A DNA stretch of 64,000 bases. It comes from Ptychomitrium polyphyllum (taxonomy: Eukaryota). The stretch spans positions 17,360,001 through 17,424,000 of the forward strand of contig OZ316775.1 in assembly GCA_973851085.1 (NCBI GenBank), in the 5' to 3' direction. Numbering within the stretch: position 1 is the stretch's first letter; each line of letters starts with the position of its first letter. The position numbers and the translations under genes are program-made. Of this stretch, positions 1-12,380 are shown piece by piece. Below the pieces are notes generated by a model that saw only the letters and a program-made list of their open reading frames with translations, was not told where the DNA came from and searched no databases.

Positions 1-465
1 ATGACAAGACAAGGCTTCAGGATTCCAGGATGTAGAATAAAATATGTCCAAAGTATATTAGAGGTAAAAAACTACAACAAGTTACAAAAGACGAGGCCAA
101 AAGGTCTAAGTTAGACCACAAGAGATGCATTGTTGAGACTAAAGAGCTCTTTAGCCTCAATTCTTATATATACTAAAATTACAAGCTTTGGAAGCTTCTT
201 GAGAAGCTTCACCTACATTGCTTTGCAAACAAACAAATTTGAATTACTTCTCTGGGAATTTTTTAAGCCGAGGTAAATTTCTCTGAAGCTTCTTAAGCCC
301 AGGCAACTTCTTTGAAAGCTTCCTAAGTCAAGGCAACTTTCTTAAAAGCTTCCTAAATCCAAGATAACTTCCTTGGAAGCTTCTTATGTCAAGGCATCTT
401 CTTTGGAAGCTTCCTAAATCTTCTAAGAATCTGTTTAAATGCTTCTTATATGTATGTCCCTAATA
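1..465 (-). repeat. 3' LTR (truncated by window edge) of Gypsy family B
   Basis: Ends ...GTCCCTAATA(465), a degenerate TAACA terminus, directly beside TCACCTCCCCTTCT (466-479), the reverse complement of a polypurine tract. Contains GGAAGCTTC-type subrepeats and is homologous to 14549-14638 plus 20000-20304. Confidence 0.8.
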
Positions 466-1206
466 TCACCTCCCCTTCTAGCTCTAAGGTCTTCAAGGAG
501 CAACAAATGGTTAGAATTATAAAAAGTCAAAAAATTTATCGCATGGTATTTGCAACATACTCCAATTGCCTTTATCGATTCAAATGGTTCATGGATCCTT
601 GTAACCACCAATAGTGTTTAACGCCTTCTACTTGGAACCAAGTATAAACATCTATGTCTTCGTTGTCAAAGCGTCTTTCAAAATTAGCTTCTAGATAACC
701 ATCGTAAGCTAGTTCCACTTCAAAGACAATCACCAACAATTTATTGTTGGATATCCTCTGACGTCTTCTAGGTCCAATTTGGTCTTCATCACAAGATTGT
801 CAACAAGAGCCACTTGGTTAAATTGATACCATTGGCATGGTATTTGCATCTTGGTTGTCCATATCTTATATATTGAGCTAATTTCGAAAAACTATGACAA
901 ATTTCAAAATACAAACGATTAATTTCTATATTATGTTTGGGGCTTTGGAAATTTAAGATCAAAGAATTGCTTTCTCTTCTATTTAAAAGCCCAAGAATCA
1001 AGAGCCTTCAAAGTTACGTAGTCTTATCGAGTCATTGTTCCATCTACTGCTACTTTTTGTTTGGATGGATATTGTCGATGGAACTCACCAACATTTTTTT
1101 GTGAATTGACAAAATTGTTAGCTGGCTCCCATGTACATTCAGTGATGTCATAGCTGCGCCTAAGTACCAAGTATTCCAGCTTTCTAGGTCTTTTCTATCA
1201 ATCAAG

Positions 1207-1296
1207 CACTTCTTCCACTTCAAATTCATGATGATTGTCGATTTCAAGTACCACTTCTTCCACTTCAAATTCATGATGATTGTCAATTTCAAGTAC
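1207..1296. repeat. 45-bp tandem duplication (2 copies) in the chromodomain coding region
   Basis: CACTTCTTCCACTTCAAATTCATGATGATTGTCRATTTCAAGTAC repeated twice; translates as LEIDNHHEFEVEEV twice. Confidence 0.9.
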
Positions 1297-4200
1297 AGAT
1301 GGTGGTAGCTGCCTTTGTCTAAGAATACTTGATTCCTTATAAGTTTCTAAAAATAAAGTGTAGAAGATGGGATGTACTTTTATTGCTATTAATAGTTTTA
1401 AACAATATGCCACGTGGTTGGCTTATTTTTCAATTGCAAATGGTCCCAATCTGTGATTGTCTAGCTTGTAACATGGCCTATTGGTCCTTATATTGCGTCA
1501 AAAGAGCCACACCGTCTCACAAACTTAGAATGGAGGTTATTCCTTCCTTGTTATATCTGTTGCTGTTTTGTATCGTTCTTGAGCTTTTTGTAATTGGGTC
1601 TTTATGCTTGTTTGAAGCTTTGCCATTCTTGTAGCAAATTCCTTTGCTCTTGGATTCTCAGATTGTAGAGGCTGTAACATATCCATCTTTCGATGATGTC
1701 CATTGTTGGAATAGAATGATATTTGTTGAGTGGAAGCATGAGTGGTATTGTTGTAGGCAAACTTAGCCAATGTCAAGTAGGAAGTCCAATCATCTTGTTG
1801 ATAGTTGATGGTACACCTCAAATATTTGCTCTAAAATTTGGTTAACTTGCTGTGTTTGACCATTTGTTTTATGAATGGAAGGCAGAAGAAAGTTTGGTGT
1901 CCTCCTTAAGGATTTCAAAGAGCAATTTCTAAACTCTTGATACAAATTGTGGTCCATGATCCGATATAATATTATCACATAATCTATAGTAGCAATAGAT
2001 ATTATCCATGAAGAGTATGGCAGTCTCCTCATCCGTAATTGTCTTCTTTTAAGGTTAAAAATGTGCCATCTTGGTCAACCAGTACATCACAACAAAGATG
2101 GCATGAAAAGAATTTGATGGTGGAAGATTTGTACTGAAATTTATTAATACAAATGATCACAATTGTTTTGAAATAGGCAGTGGTTGGAAAAGTCCAAAAG
2201 GATAGTATTGAGGGTTTTTTGACCTAGAGCAGGCATTACACGAGAGTACAAATTCTTTAATGGCCTTTTACACTTGAGGCCACTAAATGTTTCTTGAGAA
2301 TAGTTCCAAGGTTTTGTTGAATTCAAAATGTCTAGTTGCAGGAAAGTCATAACATCTTTGAAGTACACAAAGACAAACTGGTCTTCAAGAATATATAGAC
2401 GTTTTTCAAAGTAGAGAAGGTTGTCTTTTAATTTGAACTTAGACACATTTTTAGGGAGGTTGTTGGAATAATACTAGATATCAAGAATAAGAAGGTCCTT
2501 GGTAGCTGCCACACGCACCTAGTTAAGGAACAATGAGTCCATTGGAGTTGAAATGGTGATTGTGCATATACAAAATCGCTTGGATTTCAACCAAGTTATT
2601 CAATGTTGATCGTGTGCTACCTCTCCTTCTCTTGGCGCAAGATATGATTGCCTTAACAAAGAATTTGATAACTATTGCTGTTTTCCAGGCTAATATGTGA
2701 TACAAAAATCAAATTGAGATAGAAACATACTCCAATAAGTTTAGTGGCGATTCACAGCACGGATTGATATGAAATATTCCAAGTTCTTGTGATCTATATA
2801 TACAATCATTTGATGCGTGGCATCTGCAAGTAAGTCATGCCATTCTTGAAAGAATCTACAACTGCAAGGAATTCCTTATTGTGGATCTTGTAGTTGATTT
2901 TTGCAGCTAATTTTTTTTAAAAATGGAATGTTATTGGATGGAGTATCCCTGCTTCCTCCATTTGTAATAAAACTGCTCTAAGTGCAAAATTGAAAGCATC
3001 TGTCTCAAGATAAAATTGCTTTAAAAAGTTTGAATGGATTAGAATAGGAATTGTGGTAAAAACTTGGTGCAAACTTTGGAATGCATCCTCAACATTGGAT
3101 CCCCGCTCAAGGTTTTCTTTGCATATTAGTTGTATGAGTGGTGTAGCTATTTGATAATAGTCTTTGATGAAGATTTTATAGAAGTTTGCAAATTCAAGAA
3201 AGCATTGGACATCACATACCAATTTTGGCCTTATCCAATCACTAACTGCTTTGACCTTCTTTGGATCCATTAATAGTCCTTTATTGGAGATGATATAACC
3301 AAGCAATTCCACTTGAAGTTTGTGGAATGCACATTTCTTTAGCTTAGCTTACAACCCGTTATCCTGTAGTTTTTGTAGGACTATGTGGACATGTTGTTCA
3401 TGTTCCTTTGAACTCTATGAATAGATCAAGATATCATTCAGATAGCATACAACAAAATCATCGAGGCACTTCCAAAATATGTCATTTATCAAGTGCTGAA
3501 AAATGGTAAGTAAGTTGGTAAGTCAAATAGGCATGTCATTGTATTGACAATGTCTATACCTTGTCTGAAAAGCCATCTTCCATTCATCTCGTTTTTTAAT
3601 GCGCACCAAATTATAGGCTCTTTGCAGGTCTATTTTGGTGTAGATCTTTGCTTGGCTAGGTTGATCAAGAAGCCTAGATATTAGCAACAATGGATATTGG
3701 TTTTTCATCGTCATTTTATTGAGGGCGCGGTAATCAACACACATTCGTAAGGATCCATATTTCTTCTTTACAAGAAATATTGGAGCACCAGGAAGAGACT
3801 TTGAATGTTGTATGAAGTTCTTGGCTAAGCTTTCATCAATATACTTCCTAAGTGATGAAAGCTTGTTTTGAGATAAATTATAGATAAGTCCAAATGGGTT
3901 GGGCGTTGTCTTGGAGGTCTATGGCACAGTCATAAGGACGATGTTTTAATAAGGTGTCTACATTCTTCTTTTTGAATACATTGTTGAACTCCTTATACTA
4001 TTATGGAATGATTGAAGATGAAGCCACAACTTTGGACGTTGGAATTGCATACACAGCAAAAGAAGCACTAGTTTTTGCTGCTCTTATAAATGCTCTAGCT
4101 CTAATGACGAGAAGCTTTATGGTTTTAGATATATAAGATGCTTTAGCTTCCACTATAGGCTTAGTTGTTATATGTTTTAATGATGGAAATTCTATTTTGC

Positions 4201-7200
4201 GGGATGCCTAATTTATCTGCAAATTGTACTTTTTTAGCCAAGACAGCCTTAGAATGATGGAATTTGATTGAAATCTAATGACATTAAATATCACTTGACT
4301 ACTATGGTTGTTCAATGTTACACTTCATAGATTAGTCTCATAAATAATATCTCTGGAAGACAATAGTCAACCATCTAGGACTTCTACATGGACGGGTTTG
4401 GGTTTTTTAATAAAAGCAAACTTATGGGTGTTTTAAAATTCTTTTTCAATAAAGCAAGCAGAAGCTCTTGAATCTATTAGAGCAAGGCTTTTGAGCTTCT
4501 AAACACCTAAACAAACATGCAGAGTAAAATAAGAAGAAGGATGGGCTGATAGAATAAGACCTTTGTTTTCTTGCAAAGGAAGTGGATCTAGCTGCATGGT
4601 TCCTACTGTGGTTGGACGTCGTCATTTTTCTGCAAAGCATTCGGCATAATATTTGTACATTATGAAGCCAAAATTGACCTTGACCTAATTCTAATCCTAA
4701 CTTTAATGGATAAACTTGGATGAACTTAGATTAACATTTTTATCATCCAAGGTTTAAATGATAAAAAGTAAAGGTAGAAATAAAAGTAAAAGTAGAAATA
4801 AAAATAAAAAGATAAAAAGGCATAATATTCACTTAGAAGCAAAAGTAATAAAAAATAGAAGTAATTGTAATTAAAATTTATGGTAAAGTAAATGAGAAAG
4901 GAACTCACTCAAAGAACAAGTCAATGCAATAAAAACAAAGGAGAAAAAAACAACCCGGGGGTGATTCAATCAAAGCAGCAGGCCTTCTTTTACCAGACAG
5001 GTTGTGGTTTCTTTGTCTTTAGTCCAATTTTAGCGTGCTTGTAGTTCTTGAAAAGTTAACTTATGGAGCTAATAGTTACAAATTTGTTGTAGTTTGCTCA
5101 AAACCATCCTTCAAAGATTGTCTTCTCAATCATGAGGACAACAAACCCCTCGCTACTAAATTAGCAATTGCTGCCATCTTTGTAGTCCCAATCTTTAAAT
5201 CTTAAATTTTCTCTAAAAACTAGATTCTAAGCAACTTTAGCACAATTAATTCTTGTAATATTTGGACTTTTGAACATTAAGATGTGCCTTGCCAAAGTTG
5301 GGCTTACAAGACTGCCGACCTTTGAACCTCCTTCACTTCCAACGCTGCCATTTCTTCCATACTTCTTGAAATTGAGCATTCTTTGGCTTGTTGAAAATTT
5401 TATAACTCCCTCTACAAATCCTTTAAGTTTCAACTTCTACAATTGCATTAATGAAGGATTGATGGTCCAGAGTCTAAATCCGAGTTGTTGCCTTTCATGC
5501 TCCAATACTAACTTCTCTTGGTCATTATTAAATCCTATTTGCTAAAAACTGATTGTATCAACAAACTCCAAAATCTATTTCAAATACCTAATTCTAAACT
5601 TTAACTTTAAAACCTAACTCTCTTTGCTTTTCAACAAACCTTTCTTTGCTAAAACTAAAAGTGTGCTCACAACTAAACTTGCTTGAAAACTACTAAGTGT
5701 TAAATGTGTCTTTGCTTGCCTTTTCTTCTCTTTTATAGGAAATCCCATTTTTCTACTCCATTTCCATTGGATGCAAAAATTTCTAGATCACATGATCCTG
5801 TTCATATTTTGATTTTTTCCTAAATGTAGTTGCTACTCTAAATATAACCTTGCTCTACATTTAGTTGATATTCTAAGTTTCAGCTACTAACTTTAATATA
5901 ATTATTGTTCTAAATTTAATCATTATTCTAAATTTATATGTATTCCTAGATTTTAGTTACTATCCTAAATTTAGCTAATTTAAAGTTTTTGGCAGCTATT
6001 ACAAAATTAGTTGTTATTATAACTTCAAATGATTTCCAGATTTCAATAGTTAGTCTAAATTTAACTTTTGTTCTATTTTTAGCTATTAGCGTAAATTGAG
6101 CTGCTGCTTTTAAGCTTCAACTACTATTTTAATTTTAGCTACTATTCTAATCAATAATAATCCCTTACCTAATTACCTCACTTTGTACTTGTATAATTTT
6201 GGAAACTTGTTTTTTTTCTTATTTTTTCTATTTATTGAACCTAACCATTGTAAGCCATGAGCGTCTGCTCAAATTACATCAAAATCTCTTTAAAGATCAA
6301 CTACACCACTAATTTGGCCCTTTGATCCTAATTAGGCCTAATTCTATCTATAAATATTAATTTTTAGTAATTTTTAAGAGAAACACCACAATGTGCTAAT
6401 TTCATAGCTCATATATGGCGACCATTTGGGACAACTTGCAGAGGCAGAGAACTCAAAGTAATTAAGTATGAAAGCAAAAAAGATTGGCTATATGGTCAAA
6501 ATCTAAGTTGTGAGTTTTATAGCAAATAGGAAGAAGAATGAATGGTTCTTGGAGAATTAGAAGAGAATGGAATTATAATAAGGTGGATGCTGAAAAAGAT
6601 GACCAATTCAAAATGTACTTCTCATCCGATATGTACGTGGAGGTTTATCTGGGTAGTTATCAACCTTCTGGCCAGATTTTCCAAAATACAAACACAACCC
6701 TTGTTTCTTTTGTCACTTTTTCTTTTATTCAGTAAGGGGCTTGAAGCAAAGTGCATCAATCTGCATGGCTTCCGTTCCTAAATACTTACTAGAAGTAGAC
6801 GAGGCTACAACTATTGAAGTTGGTATAAGGCTGAGGTGTAATCAAAGTCTGTTTATCTTGTCGACATTGAAATTGACAATTATTGCACTTCAAAGCTTGG
6901 CTCATGGCCTCATCAAGTGTTTATGGGTTTGGCATAGATAGCAATAAATCTTTAACTTCATTGCATACGCTCCAATAAAATTGATTCATCACTGTTTTTT
7001 TTTTCCAATTCATGTTGCATGCAAGTTGTTGAAATTCCAATACATAATTTGACGTAGAACGTGGCCATTGGCACAAGGCACGATTCTTAGTAGTTGCAAA
7101 ACGAAGCTTGTCATGGTCACCAAATGCTTTTGCAAACGCGGCTAAACATGCATCAAAATTGATAAATATGAAGGAATTCTTCTCAAAAAGTGGTGCAAAC

Positions 7201-7549
7201 TAGGACAATGTTTGTTTTTTGAGCAATTTCCTACCAAACCAACACGCAATGCGTCCGTACAATACCGTCGAGGTTAGAGCAAGGTAACAAATTGAACTTG
7301 GATTAAAAAGCCTCAGAATTTTGAACGTGTACCATCAATCTTCTCTAGAAGGCTGATTCTTGGTTCTTTGGTTGTTGACATTGAATTCCTGGCTTGAACT
7401 TGTTCGTTATCTACCAAATCAAGTCTCAACAATGAAGCACCTAAATTGACTATAGATAGCAACTGCAGTGTTTTTGCTCTTGGACCATTGTGTATGGTCA
7501 AATACAGATCTTTATTTTGCTTGGATACAGTCTTGGTCTTCATCCTCAA

Positions 7550-8213
7550 TGTTAGGGACACAAGAAACAAGAAGCAGAAACGAAGTGTTTCCCAAGAATT
7601 AGCTTCCAAAGAGCTAATGATTAACAAGAAGTTGATACAAAGACTAGAACAAGGTAGGATTCAAGATGATCCACATCTTGTGTTGGCAAGACTAAGGAAT
7701 ACCTTGTCTTGCCTCCTATTTATACTAGGACGTTTGTATCTCCTATGATACTTCTAAAGAAGCTTCCTACAAGGCTTAAGAATATTTTGGAAGTCTAAGG
7801 AACCTTCCCAAGAAGTTTTCTAAGATATTGGAACCTTCCTAAGTAGCTTCCAAGGAGTTGGAACCTTCCTAAGTAGCTTCCAAGGAATTGGAACCTTCTT
7901 TGGAAGCTTCCAAGGAGTTGGAACCTTCCTTGGAAGTTTCCTAAGGTAGCGGAACCTTCTTAGGAAGTTTCCTGAAGAGGTAGAACCTTCCTAGGAAGTT
8001 TCCTAAGGTGATGGAAGCTTCCTAGGAAGTAACCTAAGATGATAGAGCCTTCCTAGGAAGTTTCCTAAGGTGGAGGAACTTTCCTGGGAAGCTTCCTAAA
8101 AACATAAAAAAAGGCTATGGAAACATCTAAAAGTATTCTAAGAAACTATTCTAGTATACTAGAAGATTCTGGAATGTTCTAAGGACTATGTTGCATGATT
8201 TATGTCCGTGACA
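7550..8213 (-). repeat. 3' LTR of family A element
   Basis: TGTTAGGGAC...TCCGTGACA; about a dozen substitutions and one 11-bp indel relative to 13608-14282, counted by eye. Confidence 0.95.
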
Positions 8214-8227
8214 TCACCTCCCCTTTT
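8214..8227 (-). other. Polypurine tract
   Basis: Plus strand TCACCTCCCCTTTT reads AAAAGGGGAGGTGA on the element strand, immediately upstream of the 3' LTR. Confidence 0.9.
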
Positions 8228-8867
8228 AGCGACGAGTTCCATGAGGAGTTGTTTTCTTGGCTTGCTTGTCACATTTCTACAAATTCCAAAATTTGCAAAA
8301 GAAGTGAAGCAACATACTCTGCTCGTTGTTATTTGTTCACTGGTTCAATTGGTCCTTGCAAGGAGCGTCGATGATCACCAGCCAAGACTTGTGTTGTTGA
8401 AATGTCCCATCCCAAGATCTGATTTTGATTAAGTCCTTCAAAACAACCTGCAAACAAGATTTCGGGTCCTCCAGAAGTGACTCTTCCAATTTCTAACAAG
8501 ATGACTAGAGCGCGAGCATCTGAATCAAGACTGGAATGTGAAGGGCGACTAGTCAATACTTATGTACGAGGTCGTACTCAACGTTTGGATGTCCCTCTCA
8601 TATCTTGACTTAGATCCTCCGTTACCAAGCGTTGAGAAAGTTCAGTTGGCTCAACAGATGCTGTTGTTGATGAAGGCATGGCCAACTGCTCTTCACGCAT
8701 ATTTATGATAACACAAAGATTTGACATACTGGCTAGGATCTAAAAATGGTCTATCTTGGAAATAATGCTACATACAATTGGAGGTTTCGATATCTTTCCT
8801 TCCTTCTTATACTTGTCTAGGAAGGAAAAACTTCTATGTGAAGCTAACGGCTGCTGATGACACATCA

Positions 8868-11800
8868 TCACTGACTTGGTTTCTGAGGATATCTTTGATG
8901 AAATTTGAGTACCTTTTTGGATGCATTTGTTACATTCGTTGAAGGTTCCCATGTTCGGTCATTGATGCCATATCCTTGCCAATGTATAAGGTACTCCATA
9001 CGTCCATTCTTGATGCGTGAATCTAAGATCTCTTCCACTTCATATTCAATTTCATTATTGATTTCCAGCGGAGGAGGCGGAGGGACAATTCTCTCTAGTA
9101 TACATGATTTGTTATAGGTTTCTAACAACGATATGTGGAATACTGGATGAATTTGCATGCTTGGTGGTAGCTTTAGGCGATAAATAACCGGATATATCTG
9201 TTTATTGATTTCAAATGATCCTAGCTTTTGATAGTCCAACTTCTTCAATGGTCTTTTTGTCTGTATATTTCGTCGTAGGAGCCATACGCTATCCCCAACC
9301 TTGAACTTTGGATGGTCCTTCCGATGGCAATCAACATAAGTTTTGTAACAATCTTGAGCTTGTTGAAACTAAAAGGTAAATTTTTAATGGAGTATAGCAA
9401 GTTGAATTGCAGAATCCCCTGTTGCAGGACTTCCAACATGCTTCACTTGAAATGGATCTGCTCAAGGATGATGGCCATAGTTTGCAAAGAATGGACTTTG
9501 ACTTGTTGAAGAATGCACCGTATTGTTGTAAGCAAATTCTGCCAAAAGCAAGAGGTCCATCCAGTTGTCTTGCTGGTAGTTTATGCTACAACGAAGGTAC
9601 TGCTCCAAAATTTGATTCACGCGTTCGGTTTGGCCATCAATTTGTGGATGGTGTGCTGAAGAAAGATTGATCTTTACACACAACAGCTGGAATAGAGCCC
9701 TCCAAAAGTTGGAAATGAACTGCGGCCCTCGATCACATATAATATCATCTGGTAGTCCATATATGCGGTAGGTGTGATTTAGAAACAACTTGGCAGTTTC
9801 TTCTCCTGTTATTGTCTTATTGCATGGAAGAAAATGTGCCATTTTTGTAAATCGATCCACCACTACCAAAATAGAATCCTTAAAATGGGAATTTGAAAGG
9901 TCCGTGATAAAATCCATTGATAAAGACAACCATGGGCCCCTTGGCACTGGAAGCGGATGGAGGAGATTATGAGGTTGGTGCCTTGGTACCTTGGCTCTTG
10001 CACAAGTGTCGCATGATCGAATAAAGTCCTTTACGTACTTCCACATTTGTGGCTACCAATAGTCTCTAGCAATCAATTCCATTGTTTTATTGAATCCAAA
10101 ATGTCCTGCTGCTGGAAAATCATGACGTGCTTGAAGGATCTTCAACCGCAAAGGGCCTGGAGGTAGGTACAAAAGTCCTTTATAATAAAGTATACCCTCT
10201 TGGAATTCAAAGTCATCATCGCTATATGAAGGACCTCAATTGTCTTTGAGGCGCTTCTTTATATTTGAAACAAAAACGTCATTCTTTAAAGCCTTCTGAA
10301 TTTCGTCAAAATGGGATGTTGTCGTAATAATGGCTGCTTTCAATTGAAGATTCTCAGGCTTCAATAAAATAGTCCTTTGTTGATTCAAAACATCATCTCC
10401 AGGTTGAGGAGCTAAATAAGATCTTCGAGATAAGGCATCTGGTTTACCTTGCAAGCTACCAAATCGATAGATAATGACAAAGTCAAATCTAAAAAGTGAC
10501 ATACTCCACCTTGCTTGACGGCGATTCAAAACACGCGCACTCATGAAATACTCCAAGTTTTTGTGGTCTATGTATATCGTGATGGTATGTTGAGCTCCTT
10601 CCAATAAGTGTCGCCATTCTTCAAACGCATCCACAATTACAAGTAGTTCTTTATCATGTATATCATAGTTGATCTCTGCCGCTGAGAACTTCCTTGAATA
10701 AAAGGCAAGAGGGTGAAGACTCACGTCTTCATTATATTCTGAGAGTACTAAGCCAAGCGCAAAATCTAAGGCATCTGCTTCCAAATAAAAAGACTTTGAT
10801 GGATTTGGATGAATTAGAATTGGAGCAGACGTAAATGACTTCTTAAGACTTTTAAATGTTTTTTCCGCCTTTTCATCCCAAATGAATTTTTGCTTCTCCG
10901 TAAGACGTGTTAATGGTGCCGCAATCTTGGAATAATTCTTGATGAATATTCTGTAGAAATTTGCAAATCCCAAAAAACACTGAACATCTCGAATTGATCT
11001 TGGCGTACTCCACTCCATGACAGTGCTTATTTTCTTCTTATGCATATGGATTCCTCCATTGGAAATGATGTAGCCTAAAAATTCAACCGATGATTCATGA
11101 AAAAGGTACTTCTCCAATTTGGCATATAATCTTCGCTGGCGTAGTTTTTCTAAGACCAGTCGCACATGACCTTCGTGGTCTTGTTCATCCTTTGAATTTA
11201 TCAGAATGTCATCTAAGTAGATGACTATAAAATCATCCAAATATTCATGGAAGATATCATTCATCATATGTTGAAAGATTGCAGAAGCATTAGTAAGGCC
11301 AAAACGCATGACATTGTATTCAAAATGGCCATACCTAGATCGAAAAGCTGTCTTCCATTCGTCTCCTTCTTTGATGCGTACAAAATTGTAGGCTCTTCTA
11401 AGATCAATTTTGGTGAATATCTTTGCTTGGCCAAGTTGTTGTAGGAGTCTTGAGATTAATGGTAATGGATAGCGATTCTTTTTTGTTACTTTGTTCAGGC
11501 CTCGATAGTCCACGCACATACGTAATGATCTATCTTTCTTCTTTACAAATAGAATGGGTGCTCCAGCAGGTGATTTAGAGTGTTGAATGAAACCCTTTCC
11601 AAGGTTTTCATCAATATATTCTCTCAAAGCAGCCAACTCAGTTTGTGATAAGTTATAAATAGGTCCAAAAGGTGGTTGGGCTCCTTCTTGCAACTCAATG
11701 GTACAATCGTATGGCCGGTGATTTGGTAACATGTCCGCATTTTTCTTTTCAAAAACGTCTTTATAATCTTGATATTGACGAGGTATGTTTTTATTAATAT

Positions 11801-12380
11801 CTATTGTAGAGCTAGACATTGGCATGGCATAAATGGCATAGATTGGTTCATCTTTCACCGCTCTCATAAATGCCTTAGCTCCAATAAACAATGGTCCAAG
11901 ATTTCTCGTACCTTGGCGTCTTTTCCTTGAGACCACACTCCGTGAGCGCCAGTCAATGTCTGAATTATGTAATTCAAACCAAGGAAGGTCCAAAACAATA
12001 GGATTTGTTCGGCATTGAATGATATTGAAGATAATCTTAGATGTCTAATCTCCTAAAATAACCTCCAATGGTTGAGTTTCTTCAATAACGTTGCCAGACG
12101 CAAGAGATTGTCCATCGATAACTTCAACAGGTGTGGGATATTTTTTCTTTACAAGCACCATGTGATGTTTGGTTGCAAAATCATTGTCCATAAAACATGC
12201 CGTTGCACCAGTGTCTAAGAGAGCCTCGCTAATTATTTCATCATCTAACAATTTAATTTTGATAGGAAATGTAAAACAAGAGGTAGGGTTTGAAGGTAGT
12301 AAGAGACCTTGATTTGATGGTGGTTTCCTTGTGGTGTCCAATCGCATAGTCCCTACTATGACCGGACAGCCTCGTTTTCC
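8868..12380 (-). pseudogene. pol: pol (protease, RT, RNase H, integrase, chromodomain) with in-frame stops
   Basis: ALLDTGA protease, YLDDILI RT, LEADALD/IHDKEL RNase H, HDFPAAGH...CDTC zinc finger, SMDFI...DRGPQF...GQTER integrase, EYEVEEILDSR...YLIHWQGY chromodomain. Stops include 12045, 10236, 9462, 9384 and 9369. Confidence 0.93.

Larger units (their letters stand above)
1..4460 (-). mobile_element. Degenerate chromodomain-bearing Ty3/Gypsy retrotransposon (family B), 5'-truncated
   Basis: Minus-strand fragments in Gypsy order: RT (MCVDYRALN...KIDLQRAYN, 3523-3744), RT/RNase H (2917-3312), integrase (LAKFAYNN, 1537-1821), chromodomain (HPIFY..LLE..EFEVEEVLD, ~1100-1413). Many stops and frameshifts; gag and 5' LTR not seen. 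Confidence 0.85.

Noticed and set aside
4690..7549. AT-rich region possibly holding Helitron or DNA transposon remnants
   Set aside because: No diagnostic termini or protein motifs could be read.
7446..7748. Plus-strand ORFs reading through LTRs (also 30043-30396)
   Set aside because: Chance antisense frames of repeated LTR sequence; their similarity only reflects repeat identity.
7799..8100. CRISPR-like array of ~30-bp palindromic repeats
   Set aside because: Units are tandem with no unique spacers, lie inside LTRs and recur in every family A LTR; no cas genes are present.
9312..9670. Apparently conserved plus-strand ORFs duplicated at 25917-26266
   Set aside because: They are antisense to integrase within the near-identical block, so their conservation is not independent evidence.
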